33,840 nucleotides of DNA from Candidatus Micrarchaeota archaeon (GCA_041694845.1 JBGFRY010000014.1:1-33840), one strand, 5' to 3'. Positions 1 through 9,298 are shown, counted from the first letter of the stretch. Translations and numbers: made by a program. Notes: a model not told the origin generated them from the letters alone.

Positions 1-222
1 ACTCCAGCGAATGTAAATGAGCTGGAGGTTATGAACTAACAAGTTCATCAGACTCCAGCAAATAATATATAATATAATCAGTAAACCGCAAAGTAAATAA
101 AAACTGATGCTTTTTCTTACTGGTCTTGTGTCTCGCGTCCTGAGTCTTGCCTGGAACGCAAGATCGAAGTTACCATAATTTAACCCATTTTTCATAGGTA
201 AAAAATTTTCTGAGCTAATCAC
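1..222 (-). CDS. possible 5' part of an outward-reading ORF that runs off the left edge (candidate starts GTG 222, ATG 195, ATG 48); product unknown, hydrophobic after codon 45
   Basis: My translation of the minus strand is open from 222 to position 1: V-ISSENFLPMKNGLNYGNFDLAFQARLRTRDTRPVRKSISFYLLCGLLIILYIICWSLMNLLVHNLQLIYIRWS. The first 44 codons are shared with ORF 26870..27058. It is absent from the ORF track, presumably because it has no stop in the window. Confidence 0.25.
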   Translation of the reverse strand, partial: MISSENFLPMKNGLNYGNFDLAFQARLRTRDTRPVRKSISFYLLCGLLIILYIICWSLMNLLVHNLQLIYIRWS

Positions 223-300
223 ATTGCAATTTTGATAGGCAAAACAACAAGATTATTTCTAAAGAAGTAAATTAATGTGTTAAAAGAAGTTCGGAACTAC
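90..300 (-). repeat. copy A of a 211-bp inverted repeat (partner 26792..27002)
   Basis: The reverse complement of 90..300 aligns base for base with 26792..27002. There are 10 mismatches, no gaps, about 95% identity. Confidence 0.93.
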
Positions 301-343
301 TAATTAATAAACATTTAGTAATATAAAAACATTTTGGGTTACT

Positions 344-1414
344 TTGAAGGCAGCGCTTATTCTAAAAGATGGAACAATTTTGAATGGTAGAGGTTTCGGT
401 GCAAAAACAATAAAAGTAGGTGAATTAGTCTTTAACACTTCAATGATCGGTTATCAGGAGGCATTAACTGATCCAAGTTATGCAGGCCAAATTCTTATTC
501 TTACCTATCCTTTAATCGGTAATTATGGTATTAACGAAAAGGATTTTGAAAGTGACAAAATTCAAGTGGAAGGATTTTGCGTGCGAGAATTTTGTGAAAT
601 TCCTCTTCATCGTGAAAGTATTAAAACAATTGATGAATTTTTGAAAGAGTTTACTACACCTGGCATAAGTAATATTGATACAAGATTTATTGTAAGAAAA
701 ATCCGTAATTACGGGGTAATCCCAGCAGTAATTGCAACTTACGATGATAGTATCGATACAAAAAAACTTCTCAATGAGCTTACGTTTAATTATTCATCAG
801 TAAATTTTATTGAAAAGGTTAGTACATGCGAAGCGAAAATATATGGCGATGGTTCAAGAGAGAAAAAAATTGTTTTGATTGATTATGGAGTAAAGATGGG
901 AATTGTACGTGAACTAGTAGCTCGCAGAATAAAGGTTATTGTTGTCCCTTGTTTTGCAAGTGCTGAAGATATTCGCGCACATGAACCTGACGGAATTCTT
1001 TTATCAAATGGGCCTGGAGATCCTGCAATTTTAACAGATGCACATAAAACGATTCGTACGTTGGCAGAAAAAAATTATCCAATGTTTGGAATATGCTTGG
1101 GCCATCAACTAATTACACATGCATTTGGCGGCAGCACTTTTAAGTTAAAGTTTGGTCATCGCGGTAGTAATCACCCTGTCATTGATTTAGCAAAAAATCG
1201 CGTTTGCATAACAACACAGAATCATGGTTTTGCTTCTAATAAGAGTGATTTGCCAAAAGAACTAGAAGTTACACATTATAATTTAAATGATAATACAATT
1301 GAAGGTTTGCGACATTTATCAAAGCAGATTTTCTCAGTGCAATTCCATCCAGAAGCATCACCAGGTCCGAGCGATTCAAAATATCTGTTTGATGCATTTG
1401 TAGAAATGTTATGA
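344..1414 (+). CDS. carA: carbamoyl-phosphate synthase small (glutaminase) subunit
   Basis: CarA N-domain motif LTDPSYAGQIL. Class-I amidotransferase motifs GICLGHQL and FHPE. Sits directly upstream of carB. TTG start as given in the ORF track. Confidence 0.93.
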   Translation: MKAALILKDGTILNGRGFGAKTIKVGELVFNTSMIGYQEALTDPSYAGQILILTYPLIGNYGINEKDFESDKIQVEGFCVREFCEIPLHRESIKTIDEFLKEFTTPGISNIDTRFIVRKIRNYGVIPAVIATYDDSIDTKKLLNELTFNYSSVNFIEKVSTCEAKIYGDGSREKKIVLIDYGVKMGIVRELVARRIKVIVVPCFASAEDIRAHEPDGILLSNGPGDPAILTDAHKTIRTLAEKNYPMFGICLGHQLITHAFGGSTFKLKFGHRGSNHPVIDLAKNRVCITTQNHGFASNKSDLPKELEVTHYNLNDNTIEGLRHLSKQIFSVQFHPEASPGPSDSKYLFDAFVEML

Positions 1415-1423
1415 TGTGAGAAA

Positions 1424-4400
1424 ATGAAAAATACGGAAAAACCATCTAAAGTCTTAGTAATCGGATCTGGTCCAATTGTAATAGGCCAGGCAGCAGAATT
1501 CGATTACGCTGGCACGCAGGCATGCCACGCGTTACGTGAAGAAGGTATAAAAGTAATTTTGGTAAATTCAAATCCAGCAACAATACAAACTGATTTCGAT
1601 ATGGCAGACATAGTCTATATCGAGCCACTTACTCAAGAATTTTTAGAAAGAATAATAGAAAAGGAACGGCCAGATGCACTATTACCAACGGTAGGCGGTC
1701 AAACAGGATTAAACTTAGCAATTGAGCTTGGAAAACGTGGCATCTTAGAAAAATTTAACGTGCAAGTCATTGGAACTAATCTTGAAGCAATAGAAAAAAG
1801 TGAAAGTCGTGAAAAATTCAATGAAGTAATGCGTAGTATTGATGTCCCAATACTACCTAGTCTACCAGCAAAAAATTATGAAGAAGCCTACACATTCGCA
1901 GAAAAAATAGGTTATCCAGTTATACTGCGGCCTGCATTTACTCTTGGTGGAAGTGGTGGTGGTGTAGCAAATAACAAAGAAGAATTGAAAAAATTGCTTG
2001 ATATTGGTTTTAGATTGTCAGCAACGCATGAAGTACTAATCGAAAAATCGATAATTGGTTGGGGTGAGTTTGAATATGAAGTAATCCGCGATGCAAACGA
2101 CAATGCAATAATTATTTGTAATATGGAAAATTTTGATCCAATGGGTGTGCATACAGGAGAATCAATTGTTATCGCTCCATCACAGACTCTATCAGATCGT
2201 GATCACCAAATTCTTAGAAACGCTGCATTAAAGATTGTTCGCGCTATTGACATTAAGGGAGGTTGTAATGTACAATTTGGATTTAACCATGAAACTGGCG
2301 AATTCGTAATTATTGAAGTAAATCCAAGGCTTTCACGCTCTTCAGCGCTTGCTTCAAAGGCAACAGGCTATCCTATAGCTAGAGTCGCAACAAAAATTGC
2401 TCTTGGTTATTCACTTAATAAGATAAAAAATGCAATAACAAATACAACAGCTGCATTTGAACCTGCGTTGGATTATTGTGTATTAAAAATTCCTAAATGG
2501 CCATTTGAAAAATTCCTAAATGTTGAACGGATAATCGGCACTCAGATGAAAAGTACTGGGGAAACAATGGCTATTGGAAGAACGTTCGAAGAAGCACTGC
2601 AAAAAGCTATTCGCAGTTTGGAGATAAAGATTCCTAACAAGTTCATTCCAGAGAATAATCTTTATCCACCAACAGATCTGCGTCTGTTTGCAATATTACA
2701 ATGTCTGCGTGATAGAAAATCTGTAAAAGAACTTAGCGATATTACGAAAATAAACAGATGGTTTTTAGAAAAAATCAACAATATTGTTAAATTAGAGAAA
2801 GAAATAGCTTCGCATGATTTAGACGAAACACTTTTAAGAAAAGCAAAGCAAGGTGGTTTTTCAGATATACAAATCGCTAAATTAAAAGGAAAAAATGAAG
2901 ATGAAATCCGCACATTGCGAAAGAAATTTTCAATAATCCCAACATATAAAATTGTTGATAGTTGTGCAGGAGAATTTGAGGCAGTTACTCCATATTATTA
3001 TTCAACATACGAGCAGGAAAATGAAGTAACTGAGTTAAATAACAAAAAAATAATCGTTATTGGTTCAGGTCCTATTCGAATTGGCCAAGGAATCGAATTC
3101 GATTACTGCTGCTCTCATGCTGTATTTGCTTTACGTGAGTTAGGTATCAAAAGCATTATGATCAACAATAACCCAGAAACAGTTAGTACTGATTTTGATT
3201 CTAGTGATAGACTTTATTTCGAGCCACTTACATTTGAGGATGTAATAAACGTTATCGAAAACGAACGACCAGAAGGTGTAATACTCCAGCTTGGAGGTCA
3301 GACTAGCATAAATCTTGCAAAGAAATTATCTGACGCAGGAGTAAAAATACTGGGAACTCAGTTTGAAGGAATAGATATCGCCGAGAATAGAGAATTGTTT
3401 AGGCAGTTGTTGAATCAACTTGATATTCCACAACCAAAGAATGGCACAGCAACTAAAGAGGAGGAAGCATTTAGGATAGCTGCAGAAATTGGTTACCCTG
3501 TTGTTGTAAGGCCTAGTTATGTTATTGCAGGTAGAGGAATGCAAATTGTATATAACGAAGAGGAACTAAAAAGATTTATAACAGAGGCAGTTAATGTTAG
3601 CGAGTCGCGACCTGTTCTTATTGACAAATATCTTAATCATGCCATAGAATGCGAAGTTGACTTGATTTCTGACGGCAAGGAAATTTTTATCGGAGGTATA
3701 ATGGAGCATATTGAGTTTGCAGGTATTCATTCTGGCGATGCAAATATCGTGGTTCCATCAATCAATATATACGCAAAATTAAGGACAACTATAGAAGACT
3801 ATTCGCGCCGTATATCATTTGCGCTTGGTATAGTTGGTTTTGTAAATATTCAATACGCAATCAAAGATGATGTTGTATATGTACTTGAAGCAAATCCACG
3901 TGCTTCTAGAACTGTACCTTTTCTAAGCAAGGTGATTGGTGTACCAATGGCAAAAATCGCAACAAAAATACTTGCAGGAGAAAAAATTGATATGAAAAAA
4001 CTCAGCAATAAAACAAACTTTTTTGCAGTTAAAGGAATTGTCTTTCCATTCTTAAAACTGCGCGGTGCTGATATAACGCTCGGCCCTGAAATGAAAAGCA
4101 CTGGGGAAACAATGGGCATTGCAAGCAAATTTGAAACCTCTTATTATAAAGCGTTATTGGCAGGTGGTTTTACTCTTCCAGTTCAAAGTGGAAAGGCAGC
4201 AGTGCTTATTAGCCTGCGAGATGAGGACAAACAGTATGCACTTTCTTTAGAGAGATTGCTTCGAGAATTAGGTTTTGAGGTTTTTGCAACTCCTGGAACA
4301 GCAAAGTATATGACTAACCCAATAATAGTTCAGAAACTCAAAACAAAAGATGCGAAACATGAAACTGATAGTGAAGATACGACTGTTTTTGATGTAATTG

Positions 4401-4600
4401 GAGGAGGACAGATATCTCTTATAATAAATACTCCTAAAAAAGGCGGAGTATACCAAACAGACGGCTTTAAGATTCGAAGAATGGCAATAGAACGAGGAAT
4501 TCAATGTATCACAAACATCCGTACTGCGCTTGAGCTTGTAAAAGCAATGAAAGAGATAAAAGAAAATGAGATTGAGATTAATGCTTTAGGTAACTATTAG
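1424..4600 (+). CDS. carB: carbamoyl-phosphate synthase large subunit
   Basis: 1058 aa with two ATP-grasp halves (GSGPIVIGQAAEFDYAG and GSGPIRIGQGIEFDYC; VNPRLSRSSALASKATG and ANPRASRTVPFLSKV). MGS-like C-terminal domain. Confidence 0.96.
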   Translation: MKNTEKPSKVLVIGSGPIVIGQAAEFDYAGTQACHALREEGIKVILVNSNPATIQTDFDMADIVYIEPLTQEFLERIIEKERPDALLPTVGGQTGLNLAIELGKRGILEKFNVQVIGTNLEAIEKSESREKFNEVMRSIDVPILPSLPAKNYEEAYTFAEKIGYPVILRPAFTLGGSGGGVANNKEELKKLLDIGFRLSATHEVLIEKSIIGWGEFEYEVIRDANDNAIIICNMENFDPMGVHTGESIVIAPSQTLSDRDHQILRNAALKIVRAIDIKGGCNVQFGFNHETGEFVIIEVNPRLSRSSALASKATGYPIARVATKIALGYSLNKIKNAITNTTAAFEPALDYCVLKIPKWPFEKFLNVERIIGTQMKSTGETMAIGRTFEEALQKAIRSLEIKIPNKFIPENNLYPPTDLRLFAILQCLRDRKSVKELSDITKINRWFLEKINNIVKLEKEIASHDLDETLLRKAKQGGFSDIQIAKLKGKNEDEIRTLRKKFSIIPTYKIVDSCAGEFEAVTPYYYSTYEQENEVTELNNKKIIVIGSGPIRIGQGIEFDYCCSHAVFALRELGIKSIMINNNPETVSTDFDSSDRLYFEPLTFEDVINVIENERPEGVILQLGGQTSINLAKKLSDAGVKILGTQFEGIDIAENRELFRQLLNQLDIPQPKNGTATKEEEAFRIAAEIGYPVVVRPSYVIAGRGMQIVYNEEELKRFITEAVNVSESRPVLIDKYLNHAIECEVDLISDGKEIFIGGIMEHIEFAGIHSGDANIVVPSINIYAKLRTTIEDYSRRISFALGIVGFVNIQYAIKDDVVYVLEANPRASRTVPFLSKVIGVPMAKIATKILAGEKIDMKKLSNKTNFFAVKGIVFPFLKLRGADITLGPEMKSTGETMGIASKFETSYYKALLAGGFTLPVQSGKAAVLISLRDEDKQYALSLERLLRELGFEVFATPGTAKYMTNPIIVQKLKTKDAKHETDSEDTTVFDVIGGGQISLIINTPKKGGVYQTDGFKIRRMAIERGIQCITNIRTALELVKAMKEIKENEIEINALGNY

Positions 4601-4615
4601 AGCGCAATTACTGAT

Positions 4616-5743
4616 TTATCTATCAGTATTTTCTGGTAGCCAACCCATCTTTTTTACAAATAACCAGGCAAAAATAGTAGCTATGATTGTTGAACCAACA
4701 AGTAATGGTAGGTACCAGCTTTGATCTGCAGGTGTAAACTCAAACATCGAACCACTTACGATAGTTGCAATTGTGTTTGGTACGAGTAATGCAGTACCGA
4801 TAATTGTTAGATATGCAATTAACATGGCAAGTCGATTATTTAAAATTTGTAATTGATTGTTGTATATTGATTGCATTACTTCTAATCCACTGACAAGCAC
4901 CTCGCTTAAATGTTCTGCTAACCCAATTTGTGAGTTTACTTCTGAAATAAGAGCATTTATTTTTACAAGAATCTCTTTGTTGTCTGTTAGTAAGTCAGCA
5001 TCGCCGTAGCGCAGTGAGTTAAGCGCATCAACGATTGCCCATAATCCACCTAAATATGCTATTAGCGCATGCTTCATCTTGTAAATTTGATGACCAAGAA
5101 TGAGACGCGGGGTTTTTGGGTCTGAAAGGCTTTCGCTTAACTTATCCCCCTGTTCTTCTATTTCTATAAGGTGATCGAAATTTCTTGCATTGTTCTCATC
5201 AATTATACGAATAAGCAACATTGTAATCTTATCTTTTTTAGGTCCTTTTATAGGAAGTTTGCGCATAAGTGTTTCTGCATATCTTCTTAACCTAAAAAAT
5301 CGTTTTATTTCTGTCGTATGCAACGTTACAATAATATTCTCTTTAATAAGAATAATGAGAGGTTCTAGCTTTACCTCCAATCCTTCCACGATTATAGCTG
5401 GCAGCATAATTCCCATTTCATTGCCAAAATCTTCATAACCGCTTCTTGTACTTTTTACAATAGTTCTAATAAGAGATTCACTAAAACCTAGCGATGTAGC
5501 AATATAATGAGCTTCTTTTTTTAAATCATCCAATATATAGTCAACCCAAATAACTGAAGAGGATTTTACTAAATGGCAAACATCTTCTATATTGCGTGAT
5601 TCTTTGCTTATTGCTTTTCCTTTTCTATCCAAAGCAGCGAAGAAACCCCTTTCTTCAAGTGCGAGTATAATTGTTTCAGGCTTGTTTATAATTCGAATTT
5701 TATCTCTATTAATTTTGTGATAATGATTATATAAAGTAAGCAT
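4616..5743 (-). CDS. CorA-family divalent-cation transporter homologue with a non-canonical pore motif (GSM instead of GMN)
   Basis: The C-terminus has two TM helices and the CorA-like ending FVKKMGWL. The TM1 region LTIIGTALLVPNTIATIVSGSMFEF aligns with CorA LTIIATIFMPLTFIAGIYGMNFE. Confidence 0.7.
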   Translation of the reverse strand: MLTLYNHYHKINRDKIRIINKPETIILALEERGFFAALDRKGKAISKESRNIEDVCHLVKSSSVIWVDYILDDLKKEAHYIATSLGFSESLIRTIVKSTRSGYEDFGNEMGIMLPAIIVEGLEVKLEPLIILIKENIIVTLHTTEIKRFFRLRRYAETLMRKLPIKGPKKDKITMLLIRIIDENNARNFDHLIEIEEQGDKLSESLSDPKTPRLILGHQIYKMKHALIAYLGGLWAIVDALNSLRYGDADLLTDNKEILVKINALISEVNSQIGLAEHLSEVLVSGLEVMQSIYNNQLQILNNRLAMLIAYLTIIGTALLVPNTIATIVSGSMFEFTPADQSWYLPLLVGSTIIATIFAWLFVKKMGWLPENTDR

Positions 5744-5795
5744 GGTGTTTTAAATATGACAAAATATTAAAATATCTACGTTGGGAGTTAGATTT

Positions 5796-7124
5796 ATGAC
5801 TTATACTTACAAACTTAGAAATGGATTAGATCTATCAGTAATTAATGAAATCTCTAGGATAAAGCAAGAACCAGAATGGATGATTAAAAGACGTTTAGAT
5901 GCATACAGAATATTCGAAAGTATGAAAATGCCTCTGTTTGCATCATATCTATCAAAGCTTAATTTGAACGATCTCTGCTACTATGCTACAGCAACTGAAA
6001 AAAAAGAAAGTGACTGGAATGCAGTTCCTGATGAAATAAAAATAACGTTTGACAAGCTTGGTATACCTGAAGCTGAAAGAAAGTTCCTTGCTGGATCGGT
6101 TGCGCAGTACGAAAGTGAAGTAGCGTACCATAATCTAAAAAAAGAATGGGAAAGCAAAGGTGTTATATTCACTGATATGGATACTGCCATTCGTGAACAT
6201 GAAAAAATTGTAAGAAAACATATCGGGACAGTTGTACCAATAGGAGATAATAAATTTTCAACACTTAACGATACAGTGATGAGTGGTGGAAGTTTTATTT
6301 ATGTACCTAAAGGAGTTACTGTTGGCATCCCGCTTCAAACTTATTTTAGAATAAATACAGAAAAAATTGGGCAGTTCGAGCGTACTTTGATTATTGCAGA
6401 AGAAGGGAGTTCTGTTTCTTACATTGAAGGCTGTTCAGCGCCAATATATTCTGCATCATCACTTCACGCTGCAGTAGTTGAAGTAATTGCAAAGAAAAAT
6501 TCTTGTGTTCATTATACAACAGTTCAAAACTGGTCAAAAAATGTTTACAATCTAGTTACAAAACGGGCATTTGCATATGAAAATGCTGTTGTTGAATGGA
6601 TTGATGGAAATATCGGCTCAGTAGTAACTGCGAAATATCCAACAGTTTTTCTTAAAGAAAAAGGTGCGCGTGCTGACATGTTAAGTATTGCTTATGCAGG
6701 AAAAGATCAGGTTCAGGATACAGGTGCGCGTGCTATTCATCTGGCACCTAATACGAGTTCAAAAATACTTTCAAAAAGCATAAGTAAAGATGGCGGTCGT
6801 TCAATATTTAGAGGTTTAATTCGCATAGATAAAGGTGCAGTGAAATCAAAAGCGCATATGAAATGCGATGCACTTATGCTTGATGATAAATCCATATCAG
6901 AAACTCATCCAGATCTTGACGTAAGAGAACTGACTGTTGATGTTGCCCATGAAGCAACAGTTGGTCGTATTAGCAAGGATAAATTATTCTACTTGATGAG
7001 CAGAGGAATAACAGAAGAAGAAGCCACAAAAATGATTGTTCTTGGTTTTGTTGAACCTTTTATGAGAGAACTTCCAATGGAATATTCAATAGAGCTAAAT
7101 CGCTTAATTCAGTTGCAGGTTTAA
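5796..7124 (+). CDS. sufB: Fe-S cluster assembly protein SufB
   Basis: Strong SufB-like sequence (FERTLIIAEEGSSVSYIEGCSAP, VQNWSKNVYNLVTKRA, HEATVGRISKDKLFYLMSRGI). ATG at 5796 is preferred over the track's TTG 5781 because GGGAG lies 8 nt upstream. Confidence 0.9.
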   Translation: MTYTYKLRNGLDLSVINEISRIKQEPEWMIKRRLDAYRIFESMKMPLFASYLSKLNLNDLCYYATATEKKESDWNAVPDEIKITFDKLGIPEAERKFLAGSVAQYESEVAYHNLKKEWESKGVIFTDMDTAIREHEKIVRKHIGTVVPIGDNKFSTLNDTVMSGGSFIYVPKGVTVGIPLQTYFRINTEKIGQFERTLIIAEEGSSVSYIEGCSAPIYSASSLHAAVVEVIAKKNSCVHYTTVQNWSKNVYNLVTKRAFAYENAVVEWIDGNIGSVVTAKYPTVFLKEKGARADMLSIAYAGKDQVQDTGARAIHLAPNTSSKILSKSISKDGGRSIFRGLIRIDKGAVKSKAHMKCDALMLDDKSISETHPDLDVRELTVDVAHEATVGRISKDKLFYLMSRGITEEEATKMIVLGFVEPFMRELPMEYSIELNRLIQLQV

Positions 7125-7152
7125 AAAACATTCTACTAATAAGGCGATAACT

Positions 7153-7506
7153 ATGAAAATCAAAATTAGGAAAGAGAATAGCGAACTTGCTACTTTAATA
7201 AAAAAACTTTCTAGAAATAAACAGCCTATCTGGCAAAAAGTTGCTACAGAATTAGCAAAACCCAGAAGACAAAAGGTTGAGGTTAATCTTAGTAAGTTGG
7301 AGCAATACGCACAATCAGGAACAACAGTTCTTGTTCCTGGTAAAATACTTGGTGCAGGCAATCTGACTAAAAGATTAAAGATAGCTGCGTATAGTTTTAG
7401 CGAAAGTGCTAAAAAACTCATAAGCGCGAGTGGCTCAGAAATGCTTTCTATTGAGGAATTACTAAAAAATAATCCAGAAGGAAGTGGAGTAATAATACTA
7501 AAATGA
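7153..7506 (+). CDS. rpl18e: 50S ribosomal protein L18e
   Basis: VLVPGKILGAGNL...AAYSFSESAKKLISASG pattern. Position upstream of rpl13-rps9-rpoN is the conserved archaeal order. Confidence 0.9.
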   Translation: MKIKIRKENSELATLIKKLSRNKQPIWQKVATELAKPRRQKVEVNLSKLEQYAQSGTTVLVPGKILGAGNLTKRLKIAAYSFSESAKKLISASGSEMLSIEELLKNNPEGSGVIILK

Positions 7507-7537
7507 ATATGCAAGAATAGATAATTAAACTAAGTAG

Positions 7538-7957
7538 GTGAAAATTGTGATTGTAATAGATGGGAGTAGTTTGAAATTAGGTCGTTTGGCCAGTCATATC
7601 GCAAAAAAACTTATTAGTGGTGAGAAAGTTTCATTAATAAATGCAGAAAATATTGTTATCTTAGGGAAAGAACGTTCAATAGTTAATAAGTATAAAGCAC
7701 GGCGTGGTGCTAGGAACAAAGCAAACCCAGAGCACTCACCAAAATGGCCAAGAGTACCGTATTTATTAGTTAAAAAGATTATTGGAGGTATGTTGCCATC
7801 AAAAACTTTAAAAGGTAGAGCCGCACTGAAAAAATTAATGGTTTATACAGGAAATCCTAAGAATCTTGAAGTTTCGAAAACAATTCAAATTGAAGACATT
7901 TGTTGTGATAAAACAAAACCTTTTATTACAATAGAAGAATTATGTAAAAGAATATAA
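7538..7957 (+). CDS. rpl13: 50S ribosomal protein L13
   Basis: IDGSSLKLGRLASHIAKKLISGEKVSLINAENIVILG is a typical L13 N-terminus. GTG start from the track; the exact start is uncertain. Confidence 0.9.
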   Translation: MKIVIVIDGSSLKLGRLASHIAKKLISGEKVSLINAENIVILGKERSIVNKYKARRGARNKANPEHSPKWPRVPYLLVKKIIGGMLPSKTLKGRAALKKLMVYTGNPKNLEVSKTIQIEDICCDKTKPFITIEELCKRI

Positions 7958-7967
7958 TTATTTAGTT

Positions 7968-7973
7968 AGGAGG
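7968..7973 (+). promoter_or_regulatory. Shine-Dalgarno-like AGGAGG 5 nt upstream of the rps9 ATG
   Basis: Sequence ttAGGAGGatactATG. It supports the long, N-terminally extended rps9 start. Confidence 0.5.
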
Positions 7974-7978
7974 ATACT

Positions 7979-8524
7979 ATGACATCAACATTGATAACAG
8001 AAGAGCAACTTAAACATACACAAGTGAGAAAAAAAGAAATAAAATCTGAAAAGAAAAAACCAGAGTTAATAGAGAAACGACTACAGAAAGAAAAACCACG
8101 AAAAAGCAAAATCACTAAAAAGAAAACAAAGGTTGTAGTAGCTAGAGGAAAAAGAAAAGAAAGCATTGCAAGAGCTACTATCCGCGATGGGAAAGGCAAC
8201 ATACGAATAAATTGTATTGCGCTTGATGCCTTTGGAAATAAATATATGCGTCATCTTGTAAAGCAGCCACTATCTTTTCTTGGGACAGAAGCAACTACTA
8301 TTGATATTAGTGTTACTGTAGTTGGTGGAGGAGTCATGGGTCAAGTGCAGGCTGCAAGAATAGCTATAGCAAAGGCATTAGTGCAGTATTTTGATGGAAT
8401 GGGCCTCAAGGAGAAATTTGTTGATTTTGATCGAGCACTATTAGTTGAAGATGTAAGACGTGTTGAACCAAAAAAATTCAAAGGTCCAAAAGCACGTGCA
8501 AGATATCAGAAATCTTATAGATAA
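7979..8524 (+). CDS. rps9: 30S ribosomal protein S9 with a ~50-aa Lys/Glu-rich N-terminal extension
   Basis: The conserved S9 core begins at ARGKRKESIARATIRDGKGNIRIN and ends KARARYQKSYR. Upstream of it are 51 K/E-rich codons behind a strong SD. Confidence 0.92.
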   Translation: MTSTLITEEQLKHTQVRKKEIKSEKKKPELIEKRLQKEKPRKSKITKKKTKVVVARGKRKESIARATIRDGKGNIRINCIALDAFGNKYMRHLVKQPLSFLGTEATTIDISVTVVGGGVMGQVQAARIAIAKALVQYFDGMGLKEKFVDFDRALLVEDVRRVEPKKFKGPKARARYQKSYR

Positions 8525-8555
8525 ATTACGCAAATAAAAATTATTAGGTGATGTA

Positions 8556-8750
8556 TTGGAATTTCCTGTCCGTTGTTTTAGCTGTGGTGCTGTTATTGGA
8601 GATCTGTACGAAAACTACAAAGACTTACTAAAGAATAAAAGTGCAGATGTTGCTTTAGATGAGCTTGGAGTAGAACGCTATTGCTGTAGAAGAATGTTTG
8701 TATCACATGTAGAAGTTATTGATACTATATCAAAATATCCAAGAGGATAA
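8556..8750 (+). CDS. rpoN: DNA-directed RNA polymerase subunit N (Rpo10/Rpb10)
   Basis: PVRCFSCGAVIG...YCCRRM zinc-bundle signature, 64 aa. TTG start with AGGTG 5 nt upstream. Confidence 0.92.
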   Translation: MEFPVRCFSCGAVIGDLYENYKDLLKNKSADVALDELGVERYCCRRMFVSHVEVIDTISKYPRG

Positions 8751-8757
8751 TTAACTT

Positions 8758-9246
8758 ATGATTCTTCCAAAACAGCATTTAATATCTGCAAAACTATTTG
8801 AAGGCATAATTAAAAATGAGCAATATCAACCAGCAGGTTTCGACGTATCGCTAAAGGAAGTTTATAAATTCAAATCAGCAGGCAAAATTGATTTTAACAA
8901 TAAAGAACGCAAGTTAAGTGATGTTGAACTAATCAAATTTAAGAATGATAAAATTAACTTACAAGAAGGTGCATATAAAGTAATATTCAATGAATATGTG
9001 CGCATACCGAAAGACATTGTAGCATTTTGCTTTCCTAGATCATCGCTGCTAAGATGTGGCGTAACACTAGAATGCGCAGTTTGGGATCCTGGGTATGAGG
9101 GAAGAAGCGAGGCATTACTTATTGTTGGAAATGAGCATGGACTAATCATGAAGAAAAATGCAAAAATAGGTCAGATGGTTTTTTTGAAATTAATTAAAGC
9201 TGCAAGCGAATTGTACAAAGGAAAGTATAAAGGCGAGAATAAATAA
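8758..9246 (+). CDS. dut: dCTP-deaminase-fold dUTPase (archaeal-type dUTP diphosphatase)
   Basis: QPAGFDVSL, RSSLLRCGV, WDPGYEGRSEALLIVGN, AKIGQMVF and a C-terminal YKGKYKG match the short archaeal dUTPase/dCTP deaminase family. The 162-aa size favours dUTPase. Confidence 0.7.
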   Translation: MILPKQHLISAKLFEGIIKNEQYQPAGFDVSLKEVYKFKSAGKIDFNNKERKLSDVELIKFKNDKINLQEGAYKVIFNEYVRIPKDIVAFCFPRSSLLRCGVTLECAVWDPGYEGRSEALLIVGNEHGLIMKKNAKIGQMVFLKLIKAASELYKGKYKGENK

Positions 9247-9298
9247 GCGTTTAAATTAATCTAGTAATTATTTTAATAGCTTTCTAAGATGTAAATAT

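Noticed and set aside
21-59. Possible C/D-box sRNA, based on CTGATGA on the minus strand flanked by the GCTGGAG/CTCCAGC terminal stem
   Set aside because: There is no CUGA D box next to the closing stem and no C'/D' pair. The internal loop does not give the tandem G-A pairs of a k-turn. I kept it only as an unexplained hairpin.
5796-7124. sufB without an adjacent sufC or sufD, as an anomaly
   Set aside because: The partner genes may simply lie elsewhere in the genome. Absence from a 34-kb window is not evidence of loss.
7104-7514. 136-aa minus-strand ORF
   Set aside because: It is fully antisense to the well-supported rpl18e gene, so it is a spurious shadow ORF.
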